The translations under genes were made by a program, and so were the position numbers. A DNA stretch of 64,000 bases from Oopsacas minuta. Lineage: Eukaryota > Animalia > Porifera. The notes beneath the pieces were generated by a model. That model saw only the letters and a program-made list of their open reading frames with translations. It was not told the origin of the DNA and made no database searches. Location of the stretch: contig JAKMXF010000354.1 in assembly GCA_024704765.1 (NCBI GenBank), positions 419,690 to 483,689 on the forward strand, given 5' to 3'. How positions within the stretch are numbered: the stretch's first letter is position 1; each line of letters begins with the position of its first letter. Below are positions 56,174 to 64,000 of the stretch, piece after piece.

Positions 56174-56773
56174 ATGCAAGTAGATGCTCAATATCATAAC
56201 ATACACCCTAATAAGCCACGCGGGTGTAAACGCAGATACGATCTGAACGATAATACAAATTGCTATGGATCACATCCAAAAGTACACGTGACTGAACAAG
56301 AGATGAGCTCACGTCTACATAGCTTATCCCTCGACCAGATTGAAATTTCTAACTTCCTTCTCTACCCTCAATTACAAACATTGCAACCCTTACACCAATA
56401 TACGTATACCCCTCCAGATAACTCTATAACTCCTCCTATTGACAGTTCATTACCTGCTTCACAAGAACAAATAAGTGAAGACGAATTGACTGATGAAGAT
56501 ATTGAAGAAACAGATACTATGTTAACTCAGGAGAATTTAAAATTAGCTCTGAACAAAACAACAGAGATTCTACCACGGGAAATCATTGATTCTATAATTA
56601 GCGCTTTCCCTGCTAACAACTGTACTACTTTAGCATTATGGCAGCCTACAGATCGAATGTTAAAATTGTCAGACACGACTAATAATGTCCCAGAAGATGA
56701 TACAAAAGATCCTGTTACTGATCAGAATGATGAAATGTTCTATGATGAAGTTATGGAGATTGATTGCCTGTAA
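56174..56773 (+). CDS. Low-complexity 199-aa protein, possibly CCDC117-like
   Basis: Intact ORF with an acceptor-like site 14 nt upstream and AATAAA downstream; motifs KRR..., VTEQEMSSRLHSLSLD and TLALWQP recall the CCDC117 family (recall only). Confidence 0.55.
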   Translation: MQVDAQYHNIHPNKPRGCKRRYDLNDNTNCYGSHPKVHVTEQEMSSRLHSLSLDQIEISNFLLYPQLQTLQPLHQYTYTPPDNSITPPIDSSLPASQEQISEDELTDEDIEETDTMLTQENLKLALNKTTEILPREIIDSIISAFPANNCTTLALWQPTDRMLKLSDTTNNVPEDDTKDPVTDQNDEMFYDEVMEIDCL

Positions 56774-57006
56774 TACCTAGTTATACACTTGTATTTGTTA
56801 CAGAATAAAAATGTGTGTTGCAACATCATTTGTAGGCTATGGTTGATCCTATTATGTTACTGTTAGAAGGGTACATAGCAGTTGTTTATTAATCGATTTC
56901 ACAAAATCTGGCATACAACAATCGAGTTATAATTTAACTTTAACTATTTTATATTTGTTTATTATGCTAAATTCATTTTTATGTATCATAGCACAGTTCA
57001 TGGGAT

Positions 57007-60000
57007 ATGCTATCACTACATATAATCAAATGTATTGTACTTCTACTACTCTCTCTTATCCAAGGTAGTATACAATCAAGTAAGTGCTAATTAGTGTATT
57101 AGAATAAAACTTGCATTTAGTTCGTGCTTTTGACACTGTATCATGACGTATATTCTCTATCTTGTTCAGATATTGCCAACTTTACCAGAACTCTCTATCA
57201 AACATCATTCCTTGAGAATCAACCTGTTGGTACATCTTCATTACGATTAGAACTACAGACAGTCATCCCAACTTCTCTTATAACTATTTCCTTACAAGGA
57301 CATCTAAACACACATTTCTTTGTATCTAGTGATGATATAATTCACAATGCTGTCATATTAGATAGAGAGAACACATCTCAATACGATCTGATAGCAATAG
57401 CCCTGTATAACAACAGTATAGTGTCTAGTGCTGACGTCAGCATCAAGATAAAGGATGTGAATGATAATTCGCCATATTGTGATAATAGATTCTATTCTGT
57501 TGAAGTTAATGAGACATACATAGTAGACAGCATACTGGGACTACAGTGTTGGGATTTGGATGAGGGGTATAACTCCTCGCTAATTTATTATACACAGGTA
57601 TGTACTCTATGGTCTCGTTTATATAACTAGGCGTTATCATAATTTTAAGACTACTTGTTTCTGGGGTACCAGAGAATGTCTGTGTCATGTCCTATCAATA
57701 AGGAACTATTTAGCATAACTCTTTCTTTAGAACAATTATTCAACATTCACTATAAGCTCTAATGGCAGTATAGGTCTCTATCAATCGCTGGACTATGAGC
57801 AATACATAGATGGAATCCTTTTAGAAGTTACGATTAGTGATCAGGGAGATAATCCTCTCACCACGGAAGTTTTTGTATTTGTTACTATTCTACCAGTAAA
57901 TGAGTTTGCTCCTCAATTCGTTGACTTAATGCCAACCAGTATATCTGAGAATACTAAGCCAGGGAGTAGGATTACCCAGGTTAGTTCTCCTTAGTTAATG
58001 CAGAAATGATTTGACTTACCAAACAAAGAACTACGTAGAATAATTGCACTCTTACGATTTAGTTCCATTAAATTGTTAAATTACATAAAGTTCGACTAAT
58101 TGCAGAGATAGGAATTAGTTCAATAATTTTACAAAAATGAGAGCTAATTCTGCTAATTTACAAAAGGGAAAAATAGACTAATACTCGTAAAAAAAGCTAT
58201 AGAAATGTATGAAGTGAATTTTTGAATTTAGACTCTCTACTTGACAGTTTTTTTTACCATTTTAGCACATTTTTGAAACAAACCTTAACTATTCCTTGTT
58301 GAGTTAATAGAAATATTTCCCTCAATTGATATTTTATTTCTCTTAGATTTGATCAATTTCATAATACTGTTATATAAACACTAATAAACATATATTATTA
58401 ATAGAATTTAATAATATCCATCTGGTTTTGTGAATTGAATTACTTAACAATTGTGAAATAGTTTGAGAGAAGTTCTTCTCCTTCTCTGATTGCTCTAGTT
58501 GATATCAGTCCCACTACTCTAACTCTATTATAAGAACTATCAATAATACTGTAGTTAACATACGGAAATAGCCTTTGTTGCTTAGGTTCCATGTCTTTAA
58601 CATTGATATTCATTTCAATGTATTCCACATTAGCTAAGCTATCCTTTGTCCTGTTATTAACTCTCTGTCCCATACAGAGGGGGTTCACTAGTTCATCCCC
58701 CATCCAGCTGAGGTCGCATGTCAGTCGTCCTCCTACCCTCTCCCTGTTAGCACATGACCTATACAGGAGCCCTGACACACCCCTGCTTTTCCCGTCCAAA
58801 TACATTCCATCATAACATCTCAGTAGATATTGATTCTTAATAGATACCAATAATAGAGGTTCTAATGGCAAATATACCATACCCGGATATATAGCTACTA
58901 GGCTACCCTCTGGTATATACCCTTCCTTAACGAATACCCCAGACCCTCCTCTCGAAATTGAGCTCTCTCCTCTCACACAAATGAACCCAAAGCACCTTTT
59001 CATCACCTCTTTACCCCTATCCCCTGCTGCTTCTAGCTTTATATCTCTATATAGATAATGATCTGGTAACGTGAGAGCTATACAATTCACCAGCTCTTTC
59101 AGCCTAGCTTCATGATATAACGTGTTTCTTTGTAGTACAGTATGTTGCTTAATTACAATATGCCTTGTAGTCCAGTTTAGAAAGAGCCAGGGTATGAATC
59201 TATGCTTATAACTAGACCAGACCTTCTTAAGCTTATTCATAATTCCTAACCCTCTAATGTGTAGTTAGTGAGCTAGCTACAAGCGTAATTATATATAAAT
59301 ATTTAGAATATATTCACTAGTAATGACAATATAATTATATGTAATATTACTTGTATTGTAGATAAGTGCTTTAGATTTGGATTCCGGTAAAGATGGGGAT
59401 GTGTTCTACTACCTCACCTCTCCAGAAGAAGAAGATCTCTTCCACTTAGACGTATACTCAGGATCTCTTTATCTCCTTAGGAGTCTAGACCATGAGAGGA
59501 GTACCTCTTACTCCCTACATATAACAGCTTCTAATTCTGCTACTCGATCCGTTGACTCTCTCAACACCTCTACTGTATTGCTACTAACTATACTAGACAT
59601 ACCAGATGATCTGCACTTCTCTACTGAGGCTGAGTTCAGTACTGTATCAGAGGATATAGAAATAGGAGTTGAGGTACTAGATTTTATTATTTATTATTTT
59701 CAGATTCATTTATCCTATCTCTTATAGATAACTCTTCTTAAATGTGAGACCAGTTCTATCATGAACCTAGACATCAGCTATTCCATAACAAGTCCCTCTT
59801 CTCATCCATTTTGTATACACACTAGTACAGGGGCAATATATACTCGATCTTTTCTAGATTATGAGACTCAACCTAATTATCACCTCACAGTATCCTGTAG
59901 TTGTTGTTCCTCTCCATCTCTCCAATCTCACGCTTCTCTCTTCATCTCCCTCTCTGATGTAAACGATTTCCCTCCAATGTTTTCACCATCCGAATACGTA

Positions 60001-63000
60001 TTATACCTGAGTGAACAAACAGAACCAGGTGCAGACATACTACATCTCAACACTACAGATATGGATACAGGAATTTACGGACAGGTTCAATACCAGCTAT
60101 TGAATCACCAGAACATGTTCTATCTACATTCTAACACTGGTAATACTGCAACCATGAACTTTTCACATTACCTTTTCTGCGATTAGTTCCATTCTCAAAA
60201 ATCCCAAATCTAGACATTTTTATCTGGCTTCTAATGAAAATTTAATTAATATTAAGATTTTAGTCTACTTTACTTATAAAGATGACTCTATCAATATAAA
60301 ATCGTATATGACATACTCGCTCCTTATTATGACCGGCTTCATCACATGTATCCTCATGTAAATGTATTGTACACCTCACTCTATGCACTTTACTTGAACG
60401 AACTTGTGAAGTTATTGCTAATTTAGTACATTTTCTGTTCTATAGGAATTCTATATCTGCGTGGTATTCTAGACTACACACAGTCACCCTATAATGTGAC
60501 TATACTGGCAGCTAACAGTTACACTCCCCTCCCCTCTGATCCCCTCTCTAACAGGGCTACAGTACAGATACTAATTACTGAGTATTTTAGAGACATGCCT
60601 CCTAATTGTCCTCAAGATACAGAAATACTTATTCTAGAAGAAACTACTGCATTAGGACAGTCTATAGCTACAATATCTTGTAACAATAATGATACCCTCA
60701 ATCTTGATTTCTTCATTCTCAGTCCTAATATTACAGATCTACCATTCTATGTCTCTCTTGAAGGAAATCTGTTCCTACAGGACTATTTGGATTATGATAT
60801 GAGTGAAAGATTCTATCTGATAGAGATACAGGCTATACAGACATATTCTCCTTTTTATGCTTCTTCTGTATTCTTACACGTTATTGTGACACCTGTCAAT
60901 GAACATAAACCTGTCTTCAATCAAACTCAATATTCTCTGTCGTTAAGTGAATTTACAGCAGTAAGTAGCAATATTTTTAGTGTGTTAGCTAGTGACGAAG
61001 ATAGTGCACCTGATGGTGGAGTTATATATACATTTCTCACGAATTTTGACACATTTTCTATTGATCCAGTATCTGGACTAGTTTACCTAATTTCAGCCCT
61101 GGATTACAACATAATGCCAGAATACAATTTGTCAATAATCGCTACTGATTATTCTAATAATCCTTTCTCTAGCACAGCAATACTGAATATTCATGTCATT
61201 AACGAGAACAATGGACCTCCCATATGTAACCCTACACACATACAGTTATCCATATTTGAGAACATTACTTCTGAAACTGTTGTCGCTATGTATTTATGTA
61301 CAGATCCTGATAATATACTACTACCTACAGAATTTGTTTTATCTCTATCTTCTCCCATTAACCAGATACTATCAGCTAATCATAATTCCATTGTTCTAAC
61401 GTCACAGCTTGATTACGAGCTAATCACTGCTTATACAGGAGTACTAGTAGTATCAGAACCCAATTCTACATTCTCATCACATATAACAATATTTTTATTG
61501 GTAGAACAATCCAATGATTTCTCTCCCTTCTTTACCAATCTACCATATCAGCTGATTATAGATAGCAGTACTGTAGATCCGTTATATCCCGTGTACTCTG
61601 TCATAGCTGATGATTTAGATGCTGGTATAGATGGAGATATTACATTCTCCATACAAGATCATACAGACTTGTTCTTGATAGATAAATTTACTGGTGAGAT
61701 ATGGCTCATATATCCTGTAAAACAGATAACAAATAACAATATTGAATTAACTATACTAGCTACTGACAAGGCTCTCTCAGATCCTCTCACTAATTCTAGT
61801 ATTCTATCTATTTCTATAATTTACCAACAAGTATATAGTTGTGAGAGCTATTTCTATTCTCTATCCGTATCAGAGGATATACATGTGAATTCTACCCTAC
61901 TAGATGTCAATTGTCAGTCACCTGCCCAGTATATATTAGATGACGTCATATTCTCCCAGATATTTAGAGTAGAATCAAATGGATCCCTTATCTTAACGAT
62001 ACCGTTAGATGCTGAAAGATACGCTTCATATTTCAGTACAATTAGCGTAATATTCGCACACAACACTTCTCTTACAGTAGCTATTGTAATATCAGTACAG
62101 GATGTTAATGAGTTCCCTCCATCCTTCATTTCTCCAACTTCTTATCTTGAATTTGTGAGTAATATTCAGCTAGGTACTCTCCTCATAACGTATTTAGCTA
62201 TTGACAGAGATATCTCATACAATAAAGTAGAATACTCATTGGTTGATGCAATACCAGGTCTGTATATATCTCCTAGTACTGGAGAATTATATCTCTCCAG
62301 TAGAGATATATTCTCCCTCTCTTCTCCAATCAATGTATCTATAATGGCACGAGATAATGCTCCTAATACACAGAATAGTACAACAGAATTACTATTGAAT
62401 ATAATCATATACAGTATTGATATGTTACAGCCTTCTCCTTCCTATCCAATATTTATATTCAGTGTTAGAGAAGATCAGCCACTTGGTTACGTAGTTGGTA
62501 TGATAGAATGTATTAATTCAGTAAATATATCCTATGTGCTACAATCTGATAACACGTTTTATGTACAGAGGGAGACAGGTAAACTGATTCTGGACAAATC
62601 TCTCAATTATGCACAACAACAAAGTTATACGTTAGATACGTCATGCTACTCAAACAATCTAAGCTCTCAATTCTTCACAATAGTAACTGTAGTAGATATT
62701 AACGAGTATCCCCCTGTATTATTCCCAGATATCAATACAGTATACCTCTATGAGAATACAACAGTAGGAGAGCTGATACACACAGTTTCATGCTATGACC
62801 CTGATAACTCTTCTACACATCTGTACTATGAAATAACTCATGTAGAACCTAATCAATCTATATTCACTATTTCCCATGCTACAGGAGAGATATATCTTCT
62901 GAATACATTAGATTATGAAATACACACATCATACACTCTGTATATTACTGTATATGATGGCATATCTTCACATGCTAATACACAAAGGTTAGAAGTAATA

Positions 63001-63640
63001 TTGACAATACATGTACTGGATATTAATGACAACTCTCCAGTATGTCCTCACATACTTACACTACACATAACTCATGAAGATAATAACACTAGAGAGCTAG
63101 TTAATGTACTCAACTGTTCAGATACAGATTCCACTGCTATAACTAATTTAAAGTATTTTGAGATAAATACTTTGTATGGAAATTATTTTGAGTTAGAAAT
63201 GCAAGGCAACCCACCCGCTTGGTATTTATACTTCCTGCTTGTTGAGGCTAGAGAATCTCACAACGGTTCTCTATTCAATGCATATTTCCATAACATTAAA
63301 TGTTGTGACGGATCTACTCCAGAGCTCTGTACAGTCATGTTAGTGCTGGTTACTACTGTTGTTAAGCCAATTTTAACTGAAGGGCTAAATGCTACTCAAC
63401 TGGGACTTGCTATTAGATCTGAAGGTTTGGAGAATGTGATCACTCTCTTCTTCAACATATCCGAAAGCAATGTAAGTTAAATTACAGTTAAAGCAGATAC
63501 ATTTTATTTATTTAATATGCTATTCTGTAGTGGATAGCTGTTGTGGATCATTTCAAATTGGTGACAGCTAACATTCTCACAGCTTATTGTATTAGAAATC
63601 CATTCAAATGCTCTATCCTTGAAGATTGTTCTTCTCAGAG
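57007..63640 (+). CDS. Long cadherin-repeat protein (Fat/protocadherin-like), continues beyond the last visible exon
   Basis: Signal-peptide exon 57007-57079, then exons 57170-57597, 57731-57979, 59362-59673, 59728-60139, 60446-63471 and probably 63531-63640, all phase compatible. More than ten EC repeats (LDRE/LDYE, DVNDNSP, A.D.D); no TM seen yet. Confidence 0.9.
58440..59240 (-). CDS. SETD9: SET domain protein SETD9, nested antisense in cadherin intron 57980-59361
   Basis: WSSYKHRFIPWLFLN, SSISRGGSGVFV, VAIYPG, NQYLLRCYDG, NPLCMGQRVNN, ANVEY, RAIREGEELLSNY; intronless. Confidence 0.92.
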   Translation of the reverse strand: MNKLKKVWSSYKHRFIPWLFLNWTTRHIVIKQHTVLQRNTLYHEARLKELVNCIALTLPDHYLYRDIKLEAAGDRGKEVMKRCFGFICVRGESSISRGGSGVFVKEGYIPEGSLVAIYPGMVYLPLEPLLLVSIKNQYLLRCYDGMYLDGKSRGVSGLLYRSCANRERVGGRLTCDLSWMGDELVNPLCMGQRVNNRTKDSLANVEYIEMNINVKDMEPKQQRLFPYVNYSIIDSSYNRVRVVGLISTRAIREGEELLSNYFTIVK

Positions 63641-64000
63641 GTAATCACATACAGTTAGGGTTGCTTATAGCGAATTCTCATGTGCCCGAATCTAATCTAC
63701 AAATTTTATCGGTAACAATGACTTAGTTCATAGTAAGAGAATATCCATTAGCGACCTTGACTCTACGAATCCTTTAGCATAGTTAAAATAATTAATAAGT
63801 TTTCGCTACCTACCAATTGTACAAAATATCCAATAATATAATTATTTAACGATGAAACTAAATTGTTAATTAATACATACGTATATTAGCTCAGCCTTTG
63901 ATGTCTTCTCACCTAATTTTAATGTTGGTATTTTACTGAGAAATAATTACAAATATTTAATTTTGCTTATGCATCATATAAAAACAATAATATTTACTTA

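Noticed and set aside
1-64000. tRNA, rRNA, snRNA or SL RNA genes
   Set aside because: No cloverleaf or T-loop context, rRNA-like tract, or leader-donor-Sm arrangement could be supported by eye; an Infernal/Rfam search would be needed.
1-64000. Prokaryotic or viral origin of the window, suggested by gene density and co-orientation
   Set aside because: Spliceosomal GT-AG introns, polyA signals and animal-type genes occur throughout.

Overview
Eukaryotic, AT-rich, very compact animal genomic DNA with a standard genetic code and GT-AG introns, about half of them only 49-105 nt. No prokaryotic features, tRNA, rRNA or CRISPR were seen. The gene content (SYCP1, CEP120, Munc13-4/BAIAP3, Roco kinase, long cadherin, TRP channel) and the compaction suggest an early-branching animal; a glass sponge such as Oopsacas is my best guess, which is inference only. 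About 27 protein-coding genes were reconstructed, several by joining exons the ORF track splits (ABCD1/2, BAIAP3-like, PAXBP1, FA2H, TRP, cadherin). Three architectural signals stand out. (1) Two long co-oriented gene runs diverge from about 17 kb, with spacers as short as about 120-210 nt, and most genes have a pyrimidine-rich AG acceptor 0-25 nt before the ATG, the pattern expected for spliced-leader trans-splicing and operons. (2) All four introns over 1 kb host an intronless antisense nested gene (a bZIP in ABCD, NAGPA and a cytochrome b561 in PAXBP1, SETD9 in the cadherin). (3) Several individual genes are unusual: a bacterial-type DUF1152 gene (horizontal-transfer candidate), a TRP channel with a ~270-aa acidic Ser-Asp-Lys-repeat insert in the S2-S3 linker, a 68-aa signal-peptide plus TM microprotein, and a two-domain carboxypeptidase D. 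Small TA-flanked and hAT-like MITEs sit in introns and spacers.
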